Shown here: positions 37,251 through 46,063 of the stretch, one piece after another
How positions within the stretch are numbered: the stretch's first letter is position 1
How the letters are laid out: each line of letters opens with the position of its first letter
Source of the DNA: Ignavibacteria bacterium
GTDB lineage: Bacteria > Bacteroidota > Ignavibacteria > Palsa-1295
Length of the DNA stretch: 64,000 nt
Reading direction: 5' to 3'
Assembly: GCA_013287605.1 (NCBI GenBank)
Contig: JABDDM010000001.1
Coordinates: 24,833-88,832, forward strand
Made by a program: the position numbers and the translations under genes
The notes under the pieces: generated by a model
Told to the model about the DNA's origin: nothing
Databases searched by the model: none
Seen by the model: only the letters and a program-made list of their open reading frames with translations

Positions 37251-37541
37251 TTACTTCTTAGGCGCGTTCTTCACGTCTTTCACGTCTTTCTTGATCTCCT
37301 TGACGTCCTTCTTCACTTCCTTCACGTCACCGCTCATCTTTTTGGATGTGCTGTCCATGGCGTGCATGCTGCTGTCAGCAGGCGGAGGTGGCGGAGGTGG
37401 CGGCGGCGTTGCGGTGTTAGTCGCAGGTGTCGTCGTTGCTGAAGAGTCGGTCATGTTGGTGTCTGTCTTTTTAGCACAGGACATCATACCGCTTGTGAAA
37501 ACTACTAGTGCACCGAGCACGATGAATTTACGAAGCCTCAT
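37251..37541 (-). CDS. small lipoprotein with poly-Pro tract and Lys-rich repeats
   Basis: Lipobox GMMSC, nine consecutive Pro, and C-terminal repeats KEVKKDVKEIKKDVKDVK. Confidence 0.6.
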   Translation of the reverse strand: MRLRKFIVLGALVVFTSGMMSCAKKTDTNMTDSSATTTPATNTATPPPPPPPPPADSSMHAMDSTSKKMSGDVKEVKKDVKEIKKDVKDVKNAPKK

Positions 37542-38046
37542 GGCGTTTACCTCTTAGTTTTGAGTGAAGGAAATACACAACCTAATTCCGCACATCCGGG
37601 GCACCGGCGGGGCAAAATCCTGCTGCGAGTACATCATTGAATACGAACTTAGAAACAAAGATAAGAACATTCGCGCAAAGATACAACTACATGAGCGAAA
37701 TCGTTCAGCCCGCTCAAATTGCTTTGAACGGTCAAGACCCATGCCTCAAGAGTCTCGCGAATATACGTATAAATACTCTTCGGCCAAGCAAATGCCAATT
37801 AATCGTTAGCAAACACCACTCTGGGATTCACTGATGTCATTAACGCCGCGCCCTGAACTCATCCTCCTCCAACCCAGTTGCCCAATGATGCACGCGACGA
37901 CACAACATCGATGTTGACCTTCCCCTGACGCTCCAACGGCGTCCTGCCATTGTGCAGCCACGCGTAGCCTCATTCCGATCCAACTTCTTCTACTGACGAA
38001 ACGGCCGCACTCGAGCGACTGTTGACCTCACTCTTACTTTCAACTT

Positions 38047-39486
38047 ATGCCACTCGAGATCTACAATACCCTCACCCGCACCAAGCAGCCGTTCAATCCC
38101 ATTCATCCAGAAAGCGTTGGGCTCTATGTTTGCGGACCAACCGTCTATGCCGATTCGCATGTTGGTCACGCAAAAGCCTACATCATGGGCGACACGGTGC
38201 ACCGGTATCTCGAGTTTTCCGGTTACCTCGTCACCTACGTCCAAAACATCACGGATGTCGGCCATTTGACCGACGATGCTGACGAAGGCGAAGACAAGCT
38301 TCTTGTCAAGGGCGCTGCCGAAAAAAAACACCCGATGGCCGTCGCCGAATTCTACACACGTCGCTATTACGAGGACATGACGCGACTGAATGTCCTGCCG
38401 CCTGACATTGCCCCGCGTGCATCCGCGCATATCCTCGAACAGCAGGAGCTTATTCAGCAGCTGATCGACAAAGGCTTTGCTTATGTCGTTGACGGCAACG
38501 TGTATTTTGACGTTGCCAGGGACACTGAGTATGGCAAGCTCTCCGGGCGCAAAAGCGAGGACCAGGCCGCTTCCGGTCGCGTGGAGTCGCGCACCGACAA
38601 ACGCTCACCGCAGGATTTCGCGCTGTGGAAGCGCGCTGAAAAAGGGCACATCCTGCGTTGGCCTTCGCCCTGGGGTGACGGCTATCCCGGCTGGCATATC
38701 GAGTGCTCGGCGATGTCTGCGAAATATCTCGGTCTTCCTTTCGACATTCATGGTGCTGGACTTGAAAATGTCTTTCCGCACAACGAATGCGAGATTGCGC
38801 AAAGCGAATGCGGAACGGGCGTCAAGCCGTTCGCAAATATCTGGATGCACAACAACATGGTGACGGTCGAGGGGAAGAAGATGGGCAAATCGCTCGGCAA
38901 TTCGTCTTACCTGAGAGACCTCTTCGAGATTTACGATCCGCTCACGTTGCGCTTTACCATTCTGCAATCGCATTATCGTTCGACGACTGAATTCAAACCA
39001 GAGGCGATCGAGGCTGCGGGCGCTGGCTACCAGAAGCTGCTCGACACCTATTATCGTCTCGAACAAAAAGTTGGGGATGTTCCGAGACGCGCACTCACGG
39101 ATGAAGAACGAGCGCATCCTCTGGTCAAGCAATTCGTTGCTGAGATGGACGATGACTTTAACACACCAAAGGCGGTTGCCGTACTCTTTGATCTCGCGCG
39201 CGAAACGAACACTACACTCGCAGATCCAAATCGTTACGACACACTCGAAGGCCTTCTACAAATCTGGCGAGCTCTGGCAGACGATGTCCTTGGCATCATT
39301 CCAACCGGGCGCGCTCAGGGACAAGACAACCTCGCAGGACCACTTATGGAGATGATCATCGGCCTCCGAAATCAGTCAAGAGCTGACAAAAACTTCGCTC
39401 TGAGTGATAAGCTTCGCACCGAACTGGACAAGATTGGAATCGTGCTCGAAGACTCAAAACAAGGCACAACCTGGAAAAAGAAGTGA
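38047..39486 (+). CDS. cysS: cysteine--tRNA ligase
   Basis: HVGHAKAY (HIGH) and KMGKSLGN (KMSKS) motifs, CysRS Zn-site context WHIECS, and a DALR-like C-terminal domain. Confidence 0.97.
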   Translation: MPLEIYNTLTRTKQPFNPIHPESVGLYVCGPTVYADSHVGHAKAYIMGDTVHRYLEFSGYLVTYVQNITDVGHLTDDADEGEDKLLVKGAAEKKHPMAVAEFYTRRYYEDMTRLNVLPPDIAPRASAHILEQQELIQQLIDKGFAYVVDGNVYFDVARDTEYGKLSGRKSEDQAASGRVESRTDKRSPQDFALWKRAEKGHILRWPSPWGDGYPGWHIECSAMSAKYLGLPFDIHGAGLENVFPHNECEIAQSECGTGVKPFANIWMHNNMVTVEGKKMGKSLGNSSYLRDLFEIYDPLTLRFTILQSHYRSTTEFKPEAIEAAGAGYQKLLDTYYRLEQKVGDVPRRALTDEERAHPLVKQFVAEMDDDFNTPKAVAVLFDLARETNTTLADPNRYDTLEGLLQIWRALADDVLGIIPTGRAQGQDNLAGPLMEMIIGLRNQSRADKNFALSDKLRTELDKIGIVLEDSKQGTTWKKK

Positions 39487-39547
39487 AATCGGGCCATTTT
39501 GGAGGCATACCTGGGCTGTATGAGATTCTCATATAAGTTCTAGAGGA

Positions 39548-39573
39548 CCCATAGGACTTATAGGTCCTATGGG
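39548..39573. repeat. palindromic REP-like hairpin downstream of cysS
   Basis: cccataggac (39548-57) pairs with gtcctatggg (39564-73) across a 6-nt loop. An adjacent 15-nt palindrome tatgagattctcata lies at 39519-33. No U-tract. Confidence 0.5.
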
Positions 39574-39701
39574 ACTGATGCGACCCATCATACCCAACCA
39601 AAAAATAATGTTGGTTCTTGAGAGAATTCTGCTTAACTTGTGTCTCAATTATTGTGTATCTTTTAAGTACTCACCTCACACACTAGGTACGACCTCCGAC
39701 G

Positions 39702-41093
39702 ATGATGAATCGAGGATTATCGAAAGTCGGGCTCAGGCTGCTTGATAGCCTGACCGATGCCGCGCCGAGCGTTGTACCGCGATTATTTCACCGTGCCTTC
39801 TTCGGATTCGCTGGCAGTCGTTCCTATTATGAGATCCAGCTACGACGTTACCGCACAAAGCTAGCAGCGATCAAAGACTACTCCAAGATCCTCGTTGTAC
39901 CTGATTTGAACATTGGAGACTCTCTCGTGCTGCAGCCCGCGATCAAGCAGATGCAGAAGCTTTTCCCGCAAGCTTCCATCCACTATCTCTGCAACAAGAC
40001 AGGTGGCGAACTGCTATCGGCGATGCCGCGTGTAACCGTACACGCGATTCTCAAAGGTAATGGCGGAATGCCGACCGATGAAGATCTCGCAAATGTAGAG
40101 GCTCTGCTACAGCGCGAGCACTTTACGGTCACATTTACCCTGTGCCCATTCTTGCCCAGGCGCTCGCTTCGGGCTGGAGGAGTCGTCATTAATATTTTCA
40201 TCCCGTTCGGTTTTTATGTAGTCAGAGCCTGGGCTCTTGGAAGGATCACTCACGTTTCAGAATTTCTGCGCGAATTTCTAGAGATGTTCTTCTCTCCAGG
40301 TCCGCTTGCAGAACCGCCGGCATACAGAACGAGGTCGCGTGATGACTCACACCAACCTGGACGGCCCAATGTGCTTGAATTACCCGTCATCAACTCGCCG
40401 CTGCGCAACGATGAGGGGAATGTAGTCTATCTACACGATTCGTCCGTGCGAATTGCATCAGACTTTCTGACGAGTTTCGAACTTCAAAATGCCGATGGAC
40501 TCGTCTTCCTCAATCCTGATGCGACTTCGAAGTATGGTCAGATTCCGTTTGAAATTCAGGCGGAGCTCGTCGAACGAATCGCTAGAATGCCAGAGGTGAC
40601 CGCCGTGCTCATTGGAGCTGGCTACGCTAGTCGCGGCATCGAACACAGTTTGATCGAACGATTGCCGGAGCATCTTCAGAAAAAAATGATTATCGTACCG
40701 TTCATGCCAATCGAGGCCTACGCTGCAGTTATCGACGCGTGCGATGTTTTCATTTCGAGCGACGGAGGTCCGCTTCATCTATCTGCCACACGGAAACTCA
40801 CCGAGTCAGGCGCGCCAATGCGCAATCGGACGCACATTATCACCGTCCATGGCGCTACCGATTCAAGGATGTTTGGCTACGATTCGCGTTTCGCAGATCA
40901 CATGCCTGCGAATCAGGATGCTCCCTCCGTCGTCTTCTCCGCAAAGGCGCCTTGCAGAAACATTACCTGCATCAACAAGTGGGGCAAATCCTGTAAAGAC
41001 GTCCGCTGCTTCGACGGACTCGAAGCTGGTGATATCGCGGGTTACTTACAGACCTACCTCCGTCAAGCAGTCGGTGAGCGCAGCCTCGTATGA
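39702..41093 (+). CDS. glycosyltransferase family 9 (heptosyltransferase-like) protein with insertion and Cys-rich tail
   Basis: N-terminal ILVVPDLNIGDSLVLQPAIKQMQKLFPQASIHYLC and C-terminal DVFISSDGGPLHLSA resemble GT9 signatures. There is a ~100-aa central insertion. The tail is CRNITCINKWGKSCKDVRC. Confidence 0.6.
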   Translation: MMNRGLSKVGLRLLDSLTDAAPSVVPRLFHRAFFGFAGSRSYYEIQLRRYRTKLAAIKDYSKILVVPDLNIGDSLVLQPAIKQMQKLFPQASIHYLCNKTGGELLSAMPRVTVHAILKGNGGMPTDEDLANVEALLQREHFTVTFTLCPFLPRRSLRAGGVVINIFIPFGFYVVRAWALGRITHVSEFLREFLEMFFSPGPLAEPPAYRTRSRDDSHQPGRPNVLELPVINSPLRNDEGNVVYLHDSSVRIASDFLTSFELQNADGLVFLNPDATSKYGQIPFEIQAELVERIARMPEVTAVLIGAGYASRGIEHSLIERLPEHLQKKMIIVPFMPIEAYAAVIDACDVFISSDGGPLHLSATRKLTESGAPMRNRTHIITVHGATDSRMFGYDSRFADHMPANQDAPSVVFSAKAPCRNITCINKWGKSCKDVRCFDGLEAGDIAGYLQTYLRQAVGERSLV

Positions 41094-41103
41094 GGAGAAA
41101 GAG

Positions 41104-42297
41104 CTACCTCGCCACCATGATCGGAACACACTCCAAGCACCCATTCACACGCACAATACACTCATAACTCCCCGCCGGGAATCCTCGCGCATCCCAGTTG
41201 AAGACATGTGTTCCCGCATTTAGCTCGCCCGTAAAGGGACGTGCGACCTCAGCACCTAAAAGATTCACGATTGTAACTTGCGCCGGCCCGCGATCGGAAG
41301 CTGACAAGTTAATCGTAGTAGATCCTGAGACAGGATTTGGGTAACATGCGAGAGCATTCTGCGACTGAGCCGGAGATTGAACTCCGAAGAGAACTACATC
41401 CGAGAGTGGACGTCGCCAGACACCGCTTGCTCCGGTAGTCCCGGCAAGAAGATAGGAACCGCTCACAGCAAGTGAGCGAACATCGAGGTTTGTCAAACCG
41501 GTATTAAATGTCTTCCATTTTGCGCCGTTGTTCGTCGAAAAGAAAACACCGGTGTTTGTAGCAGCAAATAGATTCGGTCCACTTGCTGCGAGGGCGCGCA
41601 CCGGAGCATTCGTCAGCCCGGCACTGATTGCAACCCAACTTCCGCCTTTGTCGGTAGAAAGATAAACGCCGCCACTGCTTGTCCCGGCAAGAAGACTCGT
41701 ATCACTAGCTGCAAACGCGAGGATATTCGTATCCGTCAACCCAGTATTGGCTGCGTTCCAGGTGTTGCCGTCGTTCGTCGAAAGGAATACGCCGTTGGCC
41801 GTTCCAGCAACGAGATTGTTGCCGACGATCGAAAGCGCTCTTGCAATACTCGGAAAACTGAAGAGGTTTTTCCAGGTAATGCCGTCGTTGGGTGTCAGAA
41901 AAACGCCGCTGCCTGTCGATACAAAAGTGTTTGTCCCACTGACGGCAAAGGCATCGATAACAAAACTTGTCAGACCTGTATTGATTGCCTTCCAGTTTGC
42001 TCCGTTGTTCGTTGAGAGATATACTCCGCCACCAATCGTGCCAGCAAAAAGACTCGTTGCACTTAGACCAAGGGCCAAGACATGCGCATCGGACAATCCA
42101 ACATTAATCGACGTCCAGCTTCCGCCATGATTCGTCGAGAAAAAAATACCACCGTCCGTCCCCGCATAAAGATTCGCTCCGCTATCGGCGAAGCATGTTA
42201 CAACCAGAGTAGAAGGTATGCTCGTCTGAACCCACTGCGCTTGAAGAAGCCGAGGGGCGAGAAGAAGGAGCGCTATTGTGACGAGACTAATCTTCAT
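41104..42297 (-). CDS. secreted BNR/Asp-box repeat beta-propeller protein with T9SS C-terminal sorting domain
   Basis: Signal peptide ..RLLQAQ from ATG 42297. Six ~47-aa repeats of the pattern (F/Y)xSTNxGxxWxxxNxGL. Terminal CYPNPVSG..IVNLLGAEV CTD. Confidence 0.85.
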   Translation of the reverse strand: MKISLVTIALLLLAPRLLQAQWVQTSIPSTLVVTCFADSGANLYAGTDGGIFFSTNHGGSWTSINVGLSDAHVLALGLSATSLFAGTIGGGVYLSTNNGANWKAINTGLTSFVIDAFAVSGTNTFVSTGSGVFLTPNDGITWKNLFSFPSIARALSIVGNNLVAGTANGVFLSTNDGNTWNAANTGLTDTNILAFAASDTSLLAGTSSGGVYLSTDKGGSWVAISAGLTNAPVRALAASGPNLFAATNTGVFFSTNNGAKWKTFNTGLTNLDVRSLAVSGSYLLAGTTGASGVWRRPLSDVVLFGVQSPAQSQNALACYPNPVSGSTTINLSASDRGPAQVTIVNLLGAEVARPFTGELNAGTHVFNWDARGFPAGSYECIVRVNGCLECVPIMVAR

Positions 42298-42467
42298 TGT
42301 CCGAACCTTGAATCGTCTGAACCTTGATCTATTGAGAAATTTTTGAGACGAAGAGGATGCCTGTGATATTTCGATCGCTCTAGACATATAGTCTCTGATA
42401 ATCTCAAGAATCTCTTAATCTCATAGATCAAGGTTCAGACAAACAATCATGATTCAGACATGCTGCT

Positions 42468-42767
42468 CTAGAGCTCGACGCGAGTATATAGCTCCCGACT
42501 AGAGGATTCGACGAGTGTCTTGAATTTAGCGTAATACGACTCCCACTCGGGGTCATTGAACCTTGTTTGTAGCTCTTCCTGCATAGCCGCGAGGTCCTTG
42601 AAGTCAAATTCAAGAACAAGCGTATACGCGTGACCGGTGAGATCCGTGAACACGCGACCTTTCTGTCCTCCCGTGCTCCAAAACTTTGCCGGAGAGCCCT
42701 TCATGAGTGCGATGGCCTCTTTGGCCATGCCAAATTTCAATCTGAATTCATTGCGTGCGGTGATCAT
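42468..42767 (-). CDS. hypothetical small cytoplasmic protein (possible alpha+beta barrel/NIPSNAP-like fold)
   Basis: 99-aa ORF from ATG 42767 with no signal peptide. The fold guess comes from the sequence pattern only. Confidence 0.5.
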   Translation of the reverse strand: MITARNEFRLKFGMAKEAIALMKGSPAKFWSTGGQKGRVFTDLTGHAYTLVLEFDFKDLAAMQEELQTRFNDPEWESYYAKFKTLVESSSRELYTRVEL

Positions 42768-42954
42768 GCTCGTATTTGTTTTTAGTGTGATGCACGATCT
42801 CATCGGATAGGGCAAGCTAACCGAGTCAAAGATAATGAAAATTCTCCCGGGGAAGAATCTTTAGAGGGGAAAAAAATTGGCGCATGGATTGTGAGGGAGT
42901 ACCGCCGATTCCGCCCACCGCAGTTAAGGCTTCTGTCTCAAGAGCGGGTATTGA

Positions 42955-43251
42955 TCAACCAACAGATTTGCTATTCGCCAAACCTGACAAAGGCGCGAGG
43001 ACTGCACCTTTCCATTTGGAAGGTTCGATGACGAACCCTGGTCTTATCAGAAGGAGCTGTCGCGTTAGATCATTGAATTGTTCTGGGGTAAAAGGTTGAG
43101 GTCCGTAGTTGAATAGATTCAACGGCAGCTTCTTCGTTGTCTCAAAAGCATCAAGTACGCGGAGAGGCTTGCTGTAGTGTTTTTTGACCTGAGCTTGCGA
43201 CGTCGCGCAGATCGAAACAAGCGCAAGAACGAGAACCGTGTACTTGATCAT
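42955..43251 (-). CDS. hypothetical small secreted protein
   Basis: Signal peptide MIKYTVLVLALVSICATSQAQ from ATG 43251. Immediately downstream of rseP. Confidence 0.5.
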   Translation of the reverse strand: MIKYTVLVLALVSICATSQAQVKKHYSKPLRVLDAFETTKKLPLNLFNYGPQPFTPEQFNDLTRQLLLIRPGFVIEPSKWKGAVLAPLSGLANSKSVG

Positions 43252-43299
43252 ACTGATGGTACCCCTGGAAATTGTGAACTCCAAAAGGAGTCTGTACTC

Positions 43300-44715
43300 C
43301 TACAAACTTCTTATATCATTGAACACCATAAACGCCATCAGCGAAAGCAGAAGCACGACTCCTACCTTTTGTATGCCGAGCTTCACCTTTTGCGAGAGTT
43401 CGCGATGGAGAATAGCTTCGACGAGTATGATGATCAAATGTCCGCCATCGAGTGCAGGAATCGGCAAAATATTCAGGAAGGCGAGCGATAACGAAAGCAT
43501 CGCGATGAAGATAATGAACGACGATCCGCCGTATGACGCGCTCTTCTTTGCATAGTTGAAGATCTTGATCGGTCCGCCAAGCGCTGAGGTGACGGGTACT
43601 TTCCCGGTGATCGTCAGCCAGATGCCGTGTGTGATCAGGCCGAGCCTATCTTTCGTGAACTTGATGCCTTTCGGGATCGCTTCAATGAGCGAATAATTAT
43701 GATGCTGCGTGGGACCACGATAAATCTCCGGACCCACTTCTACGCCAATATGTCCTGCCTTGTCTGGCTCGACGCGTCCCGTCATCGCTTGTCCGCCACG
43801 AACCCAGCTTAACGTGATCGAATCCTTGGGGTGCCTACCTACTAGTGTAACGAGCGCAAATTGATCGGAGACGGAATCGCCATTGACAGCCGTGATGACA
43901 TCACCTGACTTCAAACCGACATCATGCGCAGGTTTGCCAACTACGGTATCAACGAGCACATGTCCGTGTCCGAGCGGCCACAAGCCAAAATTCTGATCCA
44001 TACGATAGGCGAGCTCTTCATCGGGCACGTCCTTCATTGCGATCGCAGGATAATGGACGGTCTTAACGCCTTCGGGCGTTTTCACATCGACCGAATATTC
44101 CTGACCGGCATTGTCAACAAAGACCTTCTGCTCGACCTCGCTCCAGTTCGCAACTGGATTACCGTTTACCGCAACGACTTCTTCCCCGCTCTTTACACCT
44201 GCTTGGGCAGCAGCGCTAGATTGAAGCACAGAGCCGATCGTCTTGGTCGACTTGATAGTATCGCCCTGGCGATAAATAAGGAACGTGAAAATGACAGCGG
44301 CCACGAGGAGATTCATGACAACGCCTGCACAAATCACGATCGACTTCTGCCACCATGGCTTCGCGCGGAATTCCCAGGGTTTTGGATCCGGAGGTAATTC
44401 TTCGGTTTGCGTTTCGTCGATCATCCCATCGATCTTCGCGTAACCTCCGATTGGCAAAAGCGCTAAACGGTAATCTGTGTTTTCGCCAAGCTGCTCTTCC
44501 TGTTCTGGCTTGAGCGGGCCGAAGCTAAAACCAAAAAGTTTATTGTAGCCAAAGAGCCTGCGACCCATACCGACTGAAAAGACGGGCACGTGCATGCCGA
44601 AAAGTCGCGCAGTGATAAAGTGACCGAATTCGTGCGCGGTGACGAGCACGAAGATGGTAACAATGAATGGAACAGCCGCTTTAAGGACTAAAAGGATGCT
44701 GGTAAGAAACGCCAT
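43300..44715 (-). CDS. rseP: RIP metalloprotease RseP (site-2 protease)
   Basis: HEFGHF zinc motif in TM1, two PDZ-like domains, and NILPIPALDGGH. Confidence 0.95.
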   Translation of the reverse strand: MAFLTSILLVLKAAVPFIVTIFVLVTAHEFGHFITARLFGMHVPVFSVGMGRRLFGYNKLFGFSFGPLKPEQEEQLGENTDYRLALLPIGGYAKIDGMIDETQTEELPPDPKPWEFRAKPWWQKSIVICAGVVMNLLVAAVIFTFLIYRQGDTIKSTKTIGSVLQSSAAAQAGVKSGEEVVAVNGNPVANWSEVEQKVFVDNAGQEYSVDVKTPEGVKTVHYPAIAMKDVPDEELAYRMDQNFGLWPLGHGHVLVDTVVGKPAHDVGLKSGDVITAVNGDSVSDQFALVTLVGRHPKDSITLSWVRGGQAMTGRVEPDKAGHIGVEVGPEIYRGPTQHHNYSLIEAIPKGIKFTKDRLGLITHGIWLTITGKVPVTSALGGPIKIFNYAKKSASYGGSSFIIFIAMLSLSLAFLNILPIPALDGGHLIIILVEAILHRELSQKVKLGIQKVGVVLLLSLMAFMVFNDIRSL

Positions 44716-44802
44716 AAGGTCATTTAGATACTGCTCGAACGGGAGGGTCTATTTGAAAATTCCTACCGGTCACTGTTGTGAGCTACTTTATAACGCGTCA
44801 CT

Positions 44803-46026
44803 TTACGAAAAACTGCCCTTGACAGTTTCAACATTTGCGTGCGCGTGGGCAACCTGCTCGCGAGCATGCGCATCGGCTTGGCCAATGCGCTCCAATTCAC
44901 GCATGATTGACTGTAACGAGTCTGTTGCAAACTTTGCATCGCTACCTACAGGAGCGCTGACAAGCATTTCTTCGATGATGCGCGGAATATCGTTGAAACC
45001 GATCTCCTCTTCAAGGAAGAGCGCGACAGCCGCTTCGTTTGCTGCGTTCAGGATCGTTGGATACAGTCCACCTTTTCGGCCTGCGGTCTGGGCCAGCTTT
45101 AGGCATGGAAACTTCTCAAGATCGGGCGGGAAAAATTCGAGCGGTTTCGTTTTGAGCAAATCGAGAAGCTCGTAGCGTTCGTTCAAACGGTGCGGCGCTT
45201 CGATCGCATATTGGATCGGCAACCGCATGTCCGGCGCGCCGAGCTGCGCTTTCACGCTCCCATCCACGAACTCCACCATGGAATGTATGATCGACTGTGG
45301 ATGAACGATGACTTCGATCATGTCAAAAGTCACATCAAAGAGCCACCGGGCTTCGATGATCTCGAGCCCTTTGTTCATGAGCGTTGCCGAGTCGATCGTG
45401 ATCTTTCGTCCCATGACCCAGTTCGGATGTCGCAAGGCTTCTGCGAGCGTGATCTCGGCAAACGTTTCTTTCGCGCGTGTTCGGAAGGGTCCGCCACTGG
45501 CGGTTAGTATGATCTTTCGTATCGAAGAATGATCTTCGCCGATGAGGCATTGTGCGATCGCCGAATGTTCGCTATCGATTGGGACGATCTCGGCCCCTGT
45601 CCTCTTGGCCAGGGCAGTCAGCAGTTCACCAGCGACGACAAGCGTTTCTTTGTTGGCGATACAAACTCGCTTGCCTTTTGCAATCGCGGCAGCTGTTGGT
45701 TTTAGTCCTGCAAAGCCAACGAGCGCGCCAATGAGTGTATCGTAATCATCCCGGTTAGCAATTTCCTCGAGAGCGTCCGTACCTGTAAGTATCTCCGTAA
45801 CGCTTCCGTGCGTTCGCTCAAGTTCGACTGCTTTTACTTCATTCAGCACAACGACCGAACGCGGATGGAATTCGTCGATCTGCTCGCGAAGGATCTCTAT
45901 GCGTTGATTCGTGGTGAGATATTGCACCCGATATCGCTCCGGATGTCGCCGAGCAACCTCGAGCGTGTTCACGCCGACGCTTCCGGTCGATCCAAATAAT
46001 GCAAGCTCTTTTCTTAGTTGGGTCAT
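44803..46026 (-). CDS. dxr: 1-deoxy-D-xylulose 5-phosphate reductoisomerase
   Basis: GSTGSVG NADPH motif, ANKE, DSEHSA, and the typical length. Upstream of rseP. Confidence 0.97.
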   Translation of the reverse strand: MTQLRKELALFGSTGSVGVNTLEVARRHPERYRVQYLTTNQRIEILREQIDEFHPRSVVVLNEVKAVELERTHGSVTEILTGTDALEEIANRDDYDTLIGALVGFAGLKPTAAAIAKGKRVCIANKETLVVAGELLTALAKRTGAEIVPIDSEHSAIAQCLIGEDHSSIRKIILTASGGPFRTRAKETFAEITLAEALRHPNWVMGRKITIDSATLMNKGLEIIEARWLFDVTFDMIEVIVHPQSIIHSMVEFVDGSVKAQLGAPDMRLPIQYAIEAPHRLNERYELLDLLKTKPLEFFPPDLEKFPCLKLAQTAGRKGGLYPTILNAANEAAVALFLEEEIGFNDIPRIIEEMLVSAPVGSDAKFATDSLQSIMRELERIGQADAHAREQVAHAHANVETVKGSFS

Positions 46027-46063
46027 ACTTCTGCCAAAAGGAACACCTCCTGAGCGCGCAACT

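Noticed and set aside
37381-37407. GGC/GGA/GGT repeat tract (and the CCG repeat at 55235-55252) considered as a possible SSR or CRISPR-like repeat
   Set aside because: Both are in-frame poly-proline codons inside supported genes. No spacer-repeat periodicity exists anywhere in the window.
39356-39601. 81-aa ORF on the - strand after cysS (..HRTYKSYGSSRTYM..)
   Set aside because: It overlaps the cysS 3' end and is otherwise a translation of the ATAGGAC/GTCCTAT palindromic repeats.
45911-46063. 5' extension of the 822-aa ORF overlapping the dxr start by 116 nt
   Set aside because: The extension is antisense to the dxr N-terminal coding region and begins at an alternative codon. The true start must lie downstream of dxr (see the frameshift finding).
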